Assembly: GCF_006345805.1 (NCBI RefSeq) | Contig: NC_043006.1 | Location: 70,618,001-70,682,000, forward strand | DNA length: 64,000 nucleotides | Source of the DNA: Octopus sinensis | Taxonomy: Eukaryota | Direction: 5' to 3' | In this document: positions 26,200 to 41,011 of the stretch, piece by piece | Numbering within the stretch: position 1 is the first letter of the stretch | Layout of the letters: each line of letters starts with the position of its first letter | The notes under the pieces: generated by a model | Databases searched by the model: none | The model's input: the letters and a program-made list of their open reading frames with translations, nothing else | What the model was told of the DNA's origin: nothing | Program-made: the position numbers and the translations under genes

Positions 26200-26350
26200 C
26201 CCCGAAGTGGGCATGTCTTCTCAAGAGCTGCTTATCACACAAGTCATCCCAGTCCTTTGTCATATCATCTTTGAGGTTGAGAGTCTTGTGATCAGCCTCC
26301 ATTACATCGTCCCATGGCTTTCTTGGTCTCCCTCTCCTGCCAGCTCCATC
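26200..26350 (-). pseudogene. RTE-type ORF2 C-terminal fragment
   Basis: GRRGRPRKPWDDVMEADHKTLNL. Confidence 0.6.
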
Positions 26351-26746
26351 CACATTAAGTAATCAGTATGCTTATTGATAAATATGTATGTGTGTATGTT
26401 TGGATGCATATATGTATGTATGCTTGTATGAATGTATGTGTGTGTGTTTGTATGTATCCATGTTTGTATATATGGCTGTATGTATGTATGTATGTATGTA
26501 TAGTTACTTATGTCTATGTGAGCATGTGTATGTATAACTATGTCTATGTATGTTGTTAGATAAATATATCTTATGATATACAATTTAACGGACAATGGAC
26601 ACCCTTGACCAAGTTAATGACAGTTTAAGCTTTATGGGGAACATCAAAGGAAAACGAAGGGAAGAAAAAACAGTAAAACTGTCAGAGAATGACCACGTCT
26701 GTTGCGTAGACTTTCTGATAGCAATCTTTCTTCCCATTTGTCTCAC

Positions 26747-26874
26747 CCTATTCTGTTCTTTGTTAATTCCTCCTCCGCATCTGACATCCGTATTAAGTCC
26801 TTTCACAGCACATTTGATATAGTCGCGAGCCATCTCAACGATGTCATCGCTTCTGTCTGCGACAGTTACAGAAC
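26747..26874 (-). CDS. Candidate coding exon of an unidentified host gene
   Basis: ttacag| acceptor and agg|gtgaga donor. One open frame (G)SVTVADRSDDIVEMARDYIKCAVKGLNTDVRCGGGINKEQNR in non-repetitive, CpG-rich sequence. The polypyrimidine tract is weak and no homology is recognised. Confidence 0.3.
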
Positions 26875-27274
26875 CTGTAATAATAGTCTGACATTTTCAC
26901 ATTAAATATCATGTAATTCGCATTTTGTAACCAGTAATCACGTTATATTAATGAAACGTATGCAATGCAAGATGGTGTAACTAAATAATTTGTAAACAAT
27001 CATGTTTTATTTTGTTTTCTGTGTATTGTGTATGTATATGATACGTACAGATGTATAGGCACACACACACACACACGGGACGACAGCGCTGAGCATTGAT
27101 GTGTATAAATACCAACTTGTTACCGGTTCAAATGTGCATGAGGTGTTATTCGAAAGCCAATTAATTCACTGGATTGTCTTCGACAAAATTTCTCGCTGTA
27201 AACATATAAGTGTAAACACACCGGGTCAGTTCGCAGCGCTCCCTAACCATACTGTTGAGTGTGTGTGTGTGTGT

Positions 27275-27962
27275 CCTTTCTACTCTAAGCACAAGGGGCT
27301 AGTCGATTACATCGACCCCAGTGTTCAACTGGTTCATATTTTATCAACCCCGAAAGAATGAAAGGCGAAGTCAACCTCGGCGGAATTTGAACCAGAACGT
27401 AAAGCTAGCTGGAAGAGATGCCGCTAAGCATTTTGTTCGGCGTGCTGACAATTCTGCCTGCTCTCTGCCTTATATATACTCTTTTACTTGTTTCAGTCAT
27501 TTTGACTGCGGCCATGCCGGAGCACCGCTTTTAGTCGAGCAAATCGACCCCAGGACTTATTCTTTGTATGTCCAGTACTTATTCTATCGGTCTGTTTTGC
27601 CGGACCGCTAAGTTACGGGAACGTAAACACACCACCATCGGTTGTCAAGCGATGTTGGGGGACAAACACAGACACACAAACACACATACATACATATACA
27701 CGATGGGCTTCTTTCAGTTTCCGTCTACCAAATCCACTCACAAAGCTTTGGTCGGCCCGGAGCTATAGTAGAAGACACTTGCCCAAGGTGCCACGCAGTG
27801 GGAATGAACCCGGAACCATGTAGTTGGTAAGCAAACTACTTACCACACAGCCACTCCTGCGCCTATATAAATACCAGTTACGCACTGGGGTCGATGTAAT
27901 CGACTTAATCCGTTTGTCCTTGTTTGTCCCCTCTGTGTTTAGCCCCTGTGGGTAGTAAAGAA
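27275..27962. mobile_element. SINE cluster: B (27275-27470 minus), A (27475-27865 minus), B 3' part (27870-27962 plus)
   Basis: Near-consensus copies with CpGs intact. Confidence 0.9.
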
Positions 27963-28144
27963 ATATATATATATATATATATGCATGTATGTATATGAAC
28001 ACACACATGTGTGCCAATATTTTGTGGGGCGTTAACACTGCAAATCTCTGACTTGGCTTGGAGTTACTAGTGACACAATGAGGTTGGGATGTGGGCAGAG
28101 GTGACATGCATTCCACTTCCTAAGCTGCCGAAAAAAACTATTAA

Positions 28145-28437
<293 letters not shown>

Positions 28438-29876
28438 TTGTGTGTGTGTGTGTGTGTGTGACCTCAATTAACTCATGCGAGCCTTGATCCAGTTGACTTA
28501 TGTACTCTTTCTTTCATTCAAGAGGGTAGAGTGTCACTTGACTGCTATTTCTAGCAGCTGATGTGACCACGTAGAGGTTACAGCTTCCGCCCTTGTCATC
28601 ACAAGGGATGAGTAAGCTTTTTATTTCATTGTCGTGATATTTCTGTCAGCATCCATCTCTTCCTAGTTCTGCCATCATCTAGCTCCACCACCACCACCAC
28701 TGTCGTAACACTACCCCCTAATCGGTCGCTCGGGTGTCTAGAAATAGCAGCCAAATCTCTCAAACCATTCAACATCGTTTGAATATTGGTCAATGTAGTT
28801 CTGGATATGCTCGGCATATTAACCAGTGCTGGAATCCCCCTATGATCAGAACTGAATAATTCCCAGAAGAAAAAAAAATAAATGAATAAAACACCGCCAC
28901 TGCCATCACCACGATAATTAACTGCTGTTGTCATCATTCCCTTTCCTTGCCCGCCTTCCTCCCTTATTCAGCAGTTTAAATTCTCTGTTGCTTTTTGAAA
29001 GGCAACGTGTCTTCGTGTTGAATGCGGTGCCGTGCCTCGCTCTCTCTTTCTCTCTCGCTTTTCTGGAATGATATAGGGCTTCTGGGTTGGCAATTTGTCT
29101 TATACTATGTCTGTATACGAGAGAGACGAACACACACTGTAAAGTTCACAAACATTATGCCATACGGTGTTTGAGAAGACCTGCGTGTGTGCGTGTGTGT
29201 GTGTATATATATATATATATGTATAAAGATTAGGGTGGATTATTTTGTTTACACACTCATGTGTATGCAGTTTATCGGGCGTTTTCAAAACACACACACA
29301 CACACGCTCATACATACATACATACATACACTCACGCACTCTCACTTACACTAAATCCGCTCACTCACACATACACACACACACCTTTATACTGAACAAG
29401 TTCTTGTGAGTGAAGCTTGTTTCACTCTACCCTTACACTTTCACTCGCTGTCGTCTCTCTCGTGTGCACATTTGTTGATGTTACAGTTTATATTATATGT
29501 GTGTATAAAGTAACATTATATATATATATATACACACACACACATATATATACACATACGTACATACACACATACACGCCGCATGGTTATGTTCTCTCTA
29601 TATATGTATACATGTGTGTGGTTGTGAGTGTATTTTCTATAATTGGACCACTCTGTATAACTGGACTTACTTCAACATGTAATCTGACGAAAGCTTAACG
29701 TAAGTACAATTATAAAAACATCCATTCATGATATTATTACCAGAAACGATCATTAAATAAATTATTGTTGTTATTGTTACCAATCGTCTTTTAACCATCC
29801 ATTTCTTTGTTTATTTCTATCACCATCTCCCCTCTCTCTGTCTATCTATCTATCTATCTATTTATCTATCTATTTC

Positions 29877-29909
<33 letters not shown>

Positions 29910-29938
29910 TTCTCTATCTATCTATCTCTCTATCTATA

Positions 29939-30015
<77 letters not shown>

Positions 30016-30039
30016 CTCCGTTTGTCTATATATATATAT

Positions 30040-30250
30040 ACTGTTTCTTTTTATGTCGAGTTATAAAACAATTTTTGCATTAAACTGAAGGATTACTCAA
30101 TTTTTGTTGAGTACAAGTTTATTATTCTTTTACAAGAAAGAATAGTGCTGACAGTGACTTCAAAGTTTTGTCCCGCTTAGCTTTCATCGAACTCCCTGAC
30201 GGAAGCTAAGCAAGCCGAAATTCGAAGTCACTAAACTATTTTTGTAAAAG
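30040..30250 (-). mobile_element. Fold-back element with degenerate hammerhead cores
   Basis: Homologous to 41012-41240, in reverse orientation. Confidence 0.65.
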
Positions 30251-30556
30251 TATGTGTGCCTATGTGAATGTGTGTGTGCACGCGCGAGCAACACAGCAAA
30301 ACCTCGGATTCAGGATTTGAGTATTTTAGCTTTCAATATTCATACTAAACCTATTTTTTTTTTTTTTGTTACGAGTATTCTTTGTTCTTGTTGACATTTC
30401 TTTTTGGTGTGTGTAGCAGCAACACACACACACATGTGCGTGTGTGTGTTTTGTGTGTGAACTTGCCTGTCTTTATACCTATCCGTCTGTCCAAAGCCAA
30501 AGCTACCCTTCCCTCGCAGAATGTAGACTTAACTTATGATTATTATATATCTATAT

Positions 30557-30595
<39 letters not shown>

Positions 30596-30790
30596 CACAC
30601 ATACAGAGAGGAAGAAAGAGAGAGACGTGGAACACACTTCAACACGCACCACAGACAGAGCAGGCACAGCCATACGGTTGAATACGCCAGTCTTCGGTGA
30701 CCCATCGAAGTACCAAATGTGTCAACCGCTTTGGTAATAAATATTTTAACTCATATTGAGTCCTTGTTCAGGCTAATGGGTTGCTGTCTC

Positions 30791-30807
30791 ATATATATAT
30801 ATATGTA

Positions 30808-30896
<89 letters not shown>

Positions 30897-31025
30897 GTAT
30901 ATATGTTATATATATATGTATATATGTATATATATATATAATATGTATATATATATATATATATATATGTATATTATATATATATATATATGGATATATA
31001 ATATATATATGTATATATATATATA

Positions 31026-31062
<37 letters not shown>

Positions 31063-31200
31063 GGTTTAAAACTCATCATCGTGGGTTATATATATGTAAT
31101 ATATATATATATGTATATATATATGTATATATATATTATATGTATATATATATATATGTTATATATATATGTATATATATATGTATATATATATATATGG

Positions 31201-31231
<31 letters not shown>

Positions 31232-31548
31232 GTATTATATATATATATATATATGTATATAATATATATAGGATATGTATATATATATATATATATATAT
31301 GTATTATATATATATATGTATATATATGTATATATATGTATAATATATATATGTATATATATGTATATATATGTATGATATATATGTATATTATGTATTA
31401 TATATATATATAATGTATATATATGTATATATATGTATATATATATATATATGTATATATATGTATATATATTATATAATATATATGTATATATATGTAG
31501 GTTATATATATATATATATATAGTATATGTATATATTGTAATATGGGT

Positions 31549-31579
<31 letters not shown>

Positions 31580-31663
31580 ATATATGTCTATATATAATAT
31601 ATATGTATATATGTATATATATGGATTATATATATATATTATATGTATATATGTATATATATG

Positions 31664-31698
<35 letters not shown>

Positions 31699-31972
31699 GT
31701 ATATATATATGTATATATTATATATATATATGTAATATATATATGTATATATGTATATATATGTATATATAAATTATATCTATGTATATATATATGTAAT
31801 ATATGTATATATATGTATATATATGTATATATATTATGTATATAATATGTATATTTATATGTATATATATATATATGTAGATATATATGTATATATATAT
31901 ATGTATATATATGTATATATATATGTTATATATATATATATGTATATATATATATGTATATATATATTGTAT

Positions 31973-32004
<32 letters not shown>

Positions 32005-32161
32005 GTATATATATATCGTATATATATATAATTATATATGTATATATATATGTATAATATATGTATATATATATGTATATATATATGTAGATTATATATA
32101 TATATTATATATGTATATATATATGTATATATATATGTATATATATATGTATATATATATT

Positions 32162-32199
<38 letters not shown>

Positions 32200-32330
32200 G
32201 ATATATATATATATATTATGTTATATATATATGTTATATAATATGTATATATATATGTATAGATATATGTAATATATATATATATATTATATATATATAT
32301 ATGTATATATATGTATAAATATGTATAAAA
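30791..32330. repeat. About 1.5-kb degenerate (TA)n/(TATG)n array
   Basis: Direct reading. Confidence 0.95.
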
Positions 32331-33388
32331 CGCACGCACACATACACACAGCGTTATGAATTATAACAAAAGTCGGACATTGATGTTTTGTTAGATATTG
32401 ATCGGTAAATAATGCTGCTGATATAATCTACTTCAATGTTAGAGGGCAGTGCCCCAGCTTGGTCATCGTCCACAGACCGAAACCAGGAAACCAGTAAAAT
32501 GGATGAAAATAAGTATATGTGCGCCCGCTCACACACACACACACATATATATATATACATACATCCACATACAAATATACATATACACACATATACATAT
32601 ATATATATATATATTTATACACACGCACACATTATCGTATGTCCTCAGCTGTATACGTGTGTGTGTTTAACTGTAAACGTCTGTGTAAGGGGGAGGAGGG
32701 TGTTGTAATTATGCTCCCCCTCCCCTCTACTACCATCAGCTGCTATATTGTGCTCTATATCTCAGCCAACCCCCTTTCAGTATGGCTGGGCTGTCAGAAC
32801 TGTGGAGTGGTGGAATTGGCTCGCCGTGTCTTGGACTCCCCGCCGCCACCACCACCCCTCTCTCTCTTCTGGCGGGAGACAGGAACAACGCTAACGGAAA
32901 TATGACACGTTCACACACAGACACACATACACACGCACACACACAAGTATATTGTACAAGAGCCTAAAAGGGAAATTATATGGGCCAGCGATTCGCTAGA
33001 AATAGCAGCCAAATCTGCCTTAAATCACATTCTTTAATAAGAGAATCCATTGAATACTGTAGGCCTAGTTACCCAGTATAATTACAGAATGGTTATGATT
33101 GGAATACTTTTTGTTGTTTAGTGGATCAGAATTGATATGGTGCGATATTATACACCACACACACACACATATATATATACACACACTCTCTATATTTTGA
33201 ACCTTGCTATTTCTGTGCATAGCACATGCTTGCTGCATCTCATAGACTACAATACACACACATGCACACGTGTAATAGTTTCATTTTGTTCAAGTCAGTC
33301 TCTTGTTCCTTTGAGTTTAGCCTATAAGATGCACAGGACCTTTAGCCAAAAATCAGCAATAGATTGACTCAACCAAAATATAAAATAT

Positions 33389-35190
33389 TGGCTGTGTGGT
33401 AAGAAGCTTGCTTGCCAACCACATGGTTCCTGGGTTCAGTCTCACTGCGTGGCACCTTGAACAAGTGTCTTCTACTATAGCCTAGGACCAACCAAAGCCT
33501 TGTGAGTGGATTTGGTTGACGGAAACTGAAAGAAGCCTGTCGTGTATGTGTGTGTGTGTGTGCAGGAATGGCTGTGTGGTAAGTAGCTTGCTTCCCAACC
33601 ACATGGTTCCAGGTTCAGTCCCTCTGAGTGGCACCCTGGGCAAGTGTCTTCTACTGTAGCATTGGGCTGACCAAAGCCTTGTGAGTGGATTTGGTAGACG
33701 GAAACTGAAAGAAGCTTGTCATATATATGTATATATATGTGTGTTTGCATGTTTGCGTGTCTGTTTGTCCCTCCGCTGTCGCTGGACAACCGACACTGGT
33801 GTGTTTACATCTCCTTAACTTAGCAGTTCGGCAAAAGAGACTGATAGAATAAGTGCTAGGCATACAAAGAATAAGTCGAGGGGTCGATTTGTTCGACTAT
33901 AGGTGATGCTCCATCATGGCCGCAGTCAAATGACTGAAACAAGTAAAAGAATAAAAGAATCTATGGAGATATCTTTTATGATTTTATCATTTAGACTGCA
34001 GCCATGCTGGAGCACTGTCTTGAAGAATTTTTAATGGAATGAATTGATCCCAGTACTTCTTTTTTTAAAGCCTCTTTTACTGAACCGCTAAGTTAGGAGA
34101 GCAAAAACATGCCAACACCAACACCAATTGTCAAGTGGTGCTGAAGACAAACACATACACACACGCACACACACACATATATGATGGGCTTCTTTCAGTT
34201 TCTGTCTACCAAATCCACTCACAAAGGCTTTGATTGGCCTGAGGTTATAGACTCTTGCCCAAGGTGTCATGCAGTGGGACTGAACCCAGAACCATGTGGT
34301 TGAGCAACAAGCTTCTTATTTCTTTATTGCCCACAAGGGGCTAAACACAGCGGAGGCAAACAAGGATAGTCAAAGGGATTAAATCAATTACATCGACCCC
34401 AGGATGTAACTGGTACTTAATTTATCGACCCCGAAAGGATGAAAGGCAAAGTCGACCTCAGTGGAATTTGAACTCAGAACGTAACATTAGACGAAATACC
34501 ACTAAGCATTTCGCCTGGCGTGCTAATGTTTCTGCCAGAGAAGCAAGCTTCTTACCACACAGCCAAACCTATGTACACTCCATACCACATGAACAACAAG
34601 CTAACATATTGCACCACAACTATGTAACATATATACACATTGCGTCACACTGTCCCAATTATATATTACAGTATATTATTCATGTGCGCACCATGCCATA
34701 ATATATATCACAGACATCCTTTGCATGCTACCTAGAAATGCCACAACAAATATTCACTGACTCAGTAAACAGAGACCTTGAAACCATCCTGCAATGAAAT
34801 CAGCCAGTCCTGTTTCCTTCAGTGATGTCACAACTATTATAAGTGGCTATGTAGTAAGAAGTTTGGTTCCCAACTACATCGTTCCAAGTTGAGACCCATT
34901 GTGTCATACCTCAAGCGAGTGTCTTTCTACTGCAGCCTTGGACCAACCAAAACCTTGTGAGTGGATTTGGTAGAAAGAAAGTGAAGGAAACTCGTGTGTG
35001 TGTGTCCCAGACACTCGACAGCTGGCGTTGGTTTGTTTCCATCCCTATAATTTTGATAGAAGAAACCAAGAGAATGGGTTCCGGGCCTTAAAAATAAATA
35101 CTGGGGGTCATTTTATTCAACTAAACCCTTCAAAGCAGTGCTGTAGCATGGCCACAGTCCAAAGACTGAAATGAACAAATTATAAAAGAT
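33389..35190. mobile_element. SINE pile: A plus (33389-33560, 33563-33960), A minus (33980-34570) with nested B minus (34319-34540), A plus (34842-35190)
   Basis: Family motifs present. The nested B is flanked by the duplicated sequence caagcttctta (34308-34318 and 34544-34554). Confidence 0.85.
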
Positions 35191-35582
35191 ATCAAGAAAA
35201 CTTTATCATACCACCCATAAACCTAGGCAATGTGCAACTAGACCTTGAAAGTTACTATAAATGGTTAACCCAGGCCATTTCACCTGGTAAACATACATGT
35301 TCAATACAGCCAAGACGGCTTCACAAAAATTGGGCTTTCCTTTTCAGTGGCAGACAGTATTTTAACTCCCAGAAACTACCAACCTTCTACAAAACTTATG
35401 TGTGACTCAAACTGGAGTAGTAAAGCTCCTACATTTGAGACAGTGCTGCTCCTGGTACACACACGGTATCCTAGACCTCATCGAAAGAAAGATCACTTGA
35501 CTAAGTTGCTTGAAGTGACCAATACACTCCAATCACTGGCCTTCATATGTGCTGGCTCTTCTTTCTACCAACACACACCAAA

Positions 35583-35850
35583 TTCATCATCATCATTTAA
35601 TGTTGGCTTTCCTTGCTGTCATGGGTTGAATCGTTTGACAGGTGCTGGTTTACCAGAGGTTCCAGTTACCTTTTCTGGCAAGCTTTCTATGACTAGATGT
35701 CCTTCCTAATGCCAACCATTTTACAGAGTGTACAGGGTGTTTTTTACATAGCACCGACACCAGTGCCTTATACATGGCACCAACACAGGTGATTTTTACA
35801 TGGAACCAGCACAGGTGTTTTATACATGGCACCAGCACAAGTGCTCTGGC
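35583..35850 (-). mobile_element. RTE 3' end
   Basis: (CAT)n, ccttcctaatgccaacc and gcaccagcac subrepeats. Confidence 0.7.
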
Positions 35851-36804
35851 CCACAAATGTGCTGGCTCCTCTCTTTGCTTCTTGATTAAAATGAAAAAAA
35901 AACAAAATAAAACTACACAACTACTCTACACTAACAAAAGGACATGGCTACAAATCTTGGGGCAGGAAGAGTAAAATATAATACCCTCAGTACATAACTG
36001 GTACTATTTTTATTGACCTCAGACAAATGAAAAAGATTATTTATCCTACTGGGAGTTGAATTCAAAATCTGTACAAAGCCACAAGGTATGTGCTACTATT
36101 TCTGCCATGCTCCATCTTCTGGCAAGAATTGTGAATTCTCCAAGACAAATGCCTTACCTCCCATCCCCTTTCACTTTGGGGCAAGTTTTAACACATTCCA
36201 TTTTTGACAGACTGTTGGTCTTGTTACAGTATTCCCCACTCCTTGTCTGTCTCTCTCCTTCTCCCTCTCCTTCTTCCTTTCTCTTTAGTTTCTCTCTTTG
36301 TCCTGGACTCCCAAAGAACAGCTTAGCAGACAGTTGTGTTCTTGGAAAACGTTGTGACTGACTTGCAGACATACCTCACCACCACCAACCATCACCACTT
36401 ACAACAACTTGTCTCTTGCTGTCATCCTGGTTGGAATGGTGTGTGAATCAAAACAATGGAATGCAGCAAGCGGCACAACATACCTCATGACTAAGGTCCA
36501 TCGTATTTAAGAATATACTACAGCAGCATCAACAGCGCCATCGATGCTGTTGCATGTCTTGTCTGCATTCTTCAAGGTGCACTTAGATGTGTGTGTATGT
36601 GTGTAGAGGCGTGTTTCCAATTATTCAAGCAGGCTTGTGCACTGTCATTGAAAGCGTGTTGCTGAGTAGGGGTATTGGCAGTGGTTGTGGTAGTGTTGCT
36701 GTGGGGTGTGATAGTGCTGCTGTAGATGTAGGTACAGTAGCCTTGTGCTGATGGCATGTGGTAATATCAACAGTTTATCTTATTATTAATATTATTATTA
36801 TTAG

Positions 36805-37471
36805 ACAGTGAGCTGGCAGAATCGTTAGCGTGCTGGGTGAAATGCTTAGCAGCATTTCATCCGTCTTTGCATTCTGAGTTCAAATTTTGCTGAGGTCGAC
36901 TTTGCCTTTTGGGGTTGATGAAATAAGTACCAGTTATGCACTGGGGGCTGATGAAATCGACTGATGAAATTTACAAACTTCAGACCTTGTGCCTATAGTA
37001 GAAGGGATTTAGGCAGTAAGTTGGCAGAATCATTAGCACACTGGATGAAATGCTTAGTGGCATTTCGTCCATCTTTACTTTCTGAGTTCAAATTCTGCTG
37101 AGGTTGACTCCTTTCGGAGTCAATAAATTAATTATCAGTGAAACATTGCGGTCAGTATAATCGACTAGTCCCCTTCCCGCCAAATTTTCATGGCCTTGTG
37201 CCTAGAATAGAAATAATAATAATAATAATAATTATTATTATTATTATTATTATTAAGGTGGCTAATTGATAGAATCATTAGCAGACTGAGTGAAATACTT
37301 AGCAGTGTTTCACCCGTCGCTACATTCTGAGTTCAAGTTCCACCAAAGTCAATCTTGCCTTTCATCCTTTTTTTGGAGTCATTAAATTCAGTACCAGTGA
37401 GACACTGGGGTCAATATGATTGAATAATCCCCTCTACCCAAATTTCTGGTCTTGTGCCTTTAGTAGAAAAG

Positions 37472-37475
<4 letters not shown>
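36805..37475 (+). mobile_element. Three head-to-tail SINE family B copies embedded in (TTA)n
   Basis: Copies at 36805-37010, 37011-37212 and 37256-37475. Confidence 0.85.
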
Positions 37476-37516
<41 letters not shown>

Positions 37517-38230
37517 GTTATTATTATTATTATTATTATTAGACAGGAATATAAGATAACTGTAATTTCAAAGTTTTGCTGGCATCAGTTCCTCAGACAC
37601 TGAACTATCTCTCTCTCCTCTCTGTCTCTCTCTTACTCTATGTGTGTGTGTGTGCTAAAAAGCCTGGTTGTGAGAGGAAATTATAAAAATGTAAATGCAT
37701 CCTGTCTATTCTTTTGATGTGCAGAAAGAGTCGGAGGAGACTCCTGACAAAACATTCCACAGTTTATTGGCTGATGTTCAGAGGAGATTCACTCTATTTC
37801 CTTCTCCATTCAATAACACCAAATATTCATTCAGCTGCTATATTATATTGTTGCGAAATGGCAGTGAAAGCCTCAACTTCGTTGTGACATGGGCATGTAC
37901 CAAATATGAGGCGCCACTCACTGGAACCAATCATAGAACCATGTGGCCATGAAACCCTACTTCTTAGCTGCACAACCCTGCCTGTCTCTGAGTTATTACA
38001 ATTCTTTAATGAATGCCTTCCTTGCCTCCAGCTCACCATTCCCCTCACCTCGTGACCGTGAAATCAGCATTGTAGTGATTGTGTGTGTGTGTATGTGTGT
38101 GGCAGTGGCAGCTTATTCAGTTAAACGCTAACCAACCATTTCATCTCCATTCATCATCATTGTGAATGAATATTGTGGGTGTTGTGTTATCAGCTGCTTC
38201 CAACTGATCCACCACCACCCCCTACTTATC

Positions 38231-38283
<53 letters not shown>

Positions 38284-38669
38284 ATGCCTCTGCATGATTG
38301 CTCACAAATTATTAGAAATAGCAACCGAAATCATAACCCCACTACCTTAAATAAAGAGGGATACATTATAGTAAATTAATTTTTGATAAACAGAAAGATT
38401 GGATGGGCATGCTTAAGAGGGTCACATGCCTGTTTGATCAGGGTTGACCTGGGGTTAAACAACAACCACATCATATATATGTATGTATGTATATAAAGTA
38501 GTATAAAATATGGATTCAGAGAATTGTGTGGCTATCATAATAAGCTCCTCCTATGGACTCAGCTATCAGTCCTCATTTTAATCAATTACAAAATAGTGTA
38601 ATGTAGTCATGTGATTAAATAAATCTATCTTCACTTCTAATTCCCCCTCTCCTCTCTCTCTCTCCTCCC

Positions 38670-38706
<37 letters not shown>

Positions 38707-39392
38707 CGAGAGATTTGGTTTTAACAGTGAAACTCAAAGCAGATGAAGCTATAAATAATAGCATGGTAAACATTGGGTTAAAACTCCTGAAATAGAAAAG
38801 GCAAAAAGCTGCCCCTGGGACTTGGCTCCACATTTTCTGTAAACATGACAGACGTTCTGTCATTGGACCAAATTTCTCTATCCATTTTAGAAGCTTTGTT
38901 CTGCTCAGTGTATGTTGATTATGCCATAAGAATTTAGAAACTTCGAGAGAACATGAAATAATTCAAGCCCTACAGGCAACATTTCACTTTTCCTGTTCAA
39001 TGAGTTTTTTTTTCTTTTAATCCAATATTTACATGCTCTTATTTATAGCTTTATCTACTTTGAGCCACTGTTCAAATTTGAATATTTCAGTTGGCTTGTT
39101 ATTGAGGGGATGAATAACTCTGAGTAAGAACTCTGACCATAATGATCCATCTAATTCATGCCAATATAGAAAACATCGATAAGAATAAACCCTCTTGAGT
39201 ATGATGTGGGTATTTTAACAAATCAAGACTTTTGAGAATTATCTTGAAAGAGAGTTTCCAATGAAGACCCCATATTTGAAGGGAAGACATCTGCAGATGT
39301 CAGGCCTTTGAGAAACCAAACCATACACTGACATGTGACATTGATGAGCGATGATTATATAAACATTAACATATAACACACACACACTCATG

Positions 39393-39425
<33 letters not shown>

Positions 39426-39729
39426 GACATACATATTGTCTGTACGGGCATTTTGTATGTAATTTATATGACAATGTTTAAATTCACCATGGAATAATAG
39501 TGATCACATGATATGCCACTGATAATCACACCCTTGTGTGTGCGTGTGTATGAGTGTACCTACACACATGCACAGACACAAACACACACACACACACACA
39601 CACACATGTGCACAGGAATAAATACATTGAGACTCTTGTATTGTTTTACTAATTTCGCTCATTGTTTTGGAGTTATTTCTGGGACCCCAAGTTCAATTAT
39701 ATACTAGACAAAATTTTTTCTTTTTTTTT

Positions 39730-40376
39730 CTGCTCTTGGCACAAGGCCCAAAATTTTGGGAGAGGAGGCCAGCTGATTAGATCGAGCCCAGTACACAACT
39801 GGTACTTAATTTATCAACCCCCAAAAGGATGAAAGGTAAAGTTGACCTCGACGAAATTTGAACTCAGAACTTAAAGACAGACAAAACACTGCTAGGCATT
39901 TTGCCCAGTGTACTACCATTTATGCCAGTTCACTGCCTTCTACGATATTGTCCCAGTGTATGACTAGTGTTTAATCTCATCAACCACAGCAAACAAATTA
40001 TCATCATCATTGTTTAACACCTGCTTTCCATGCTGGCATGGGTTGGACAATTTGACTGAGGACTGGCAAACCAGATGGCTGCACCAGGCTCCAGTCTGAT
40101 CTGGCAGAGTTTCTAGAGCTGGATGCCCTTCCTAATGCCAACCACTCCAAGAGTGTAGTGGGTGCTTTTACGTGCCCCCCAGCATGAGGGCCAGTCAAGC
40201 AATACTGGCAACGGCCACGCTCAAATGGTGTTTTTTACGTGTCACCTGCACAGCGGCCAGTTCAGTAGCACTGGCAATGACCTCGCTCAAATGTTTTTCA
40301 CGTGTCACCAGCACAAGTGCCAGTAAGGCGACGCTGGTAATGATCACGCTCGAATGGTGCTTTTTACGTGCCACCA
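39730..40376 (-). mobile_element. SINE B (39730-39940) and RTE 3' end (40000-40376)
   Basis: Family motifs present. The RTE part is collinear with 15571-15935. Confidence 0.85.
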
Positions 40377-40803
40377 AAATTTTCCTGGACAGGATTTGAA
40401 TGCTTAAAGACATATTATCAAATACCAAATGTTATAGCTGGTGCTCCACTGTTTATGCCGTTTACCTTCTAACAAAGAAGCTCCTTTGTGATTTCTGAAC
40501 CTCTGCCTTAACCCTTTAGTATTTAAACAGGCAATATCCAGCTCAAATATTCTATGTTTTAGGTTCAAACCAGTCAGATCTGGCCTCTTACGCTTACCCT
40601 ACAATGTTATTCTAAAAATAAACAACCATTGAGTTTAAGAGCCATGGAGAAGAATATAGAGGTTGCATAGAAAGTATTCAGATAATTCTGACTGGTATGC
40701 ATGGGTGACTGTTGGTCTTCCACAAACGACCTTGCCCAGACTTGTGCCTTGGAGAGGAACTTTCTGGTTGCAATCCCATGGTCATTCATGACCAAAGGAG
40801 GTC

Positions 40804-40853
<50 letters not shown>

Positions 40854-41011
40854 CTTATATAAACTTTACGGACACTACAGAATTCCTGAAGTATATCCAG
40901 TCACGTGCATCTCTATTTTAAGATGGCAAAGATGACATCAAGTAGCCAATGACTGGATGAGCTTTGCACAACATTCTTCAATGTTTTTACCTGACTCACT
41001 TAACTATATAT

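Noticed and set aside
30662-30715. Resemblance to 5S rRNA (gccatac..gttgaatacgcc; gtactt.gatggg..accg on the opposite strand)
   Set aside because: The matches are short, on conflicting strands, and do not extend to 120 nt.
30719-32339. Numerous Y/I/M/C-rich ORFs (also at 10.8-11.5, 54-56 and 62-63 kb)
   Set aside because: They are artefacts of stop-poor (TA)n/(TG)n repeats.
38700-38800. Strong minus-strand acceptor followed by signal-peptide-like MFTMLLFIASSALS
   Set aside because: There is no convincing donor, and the frame runs into (TC)n/(TA)n.
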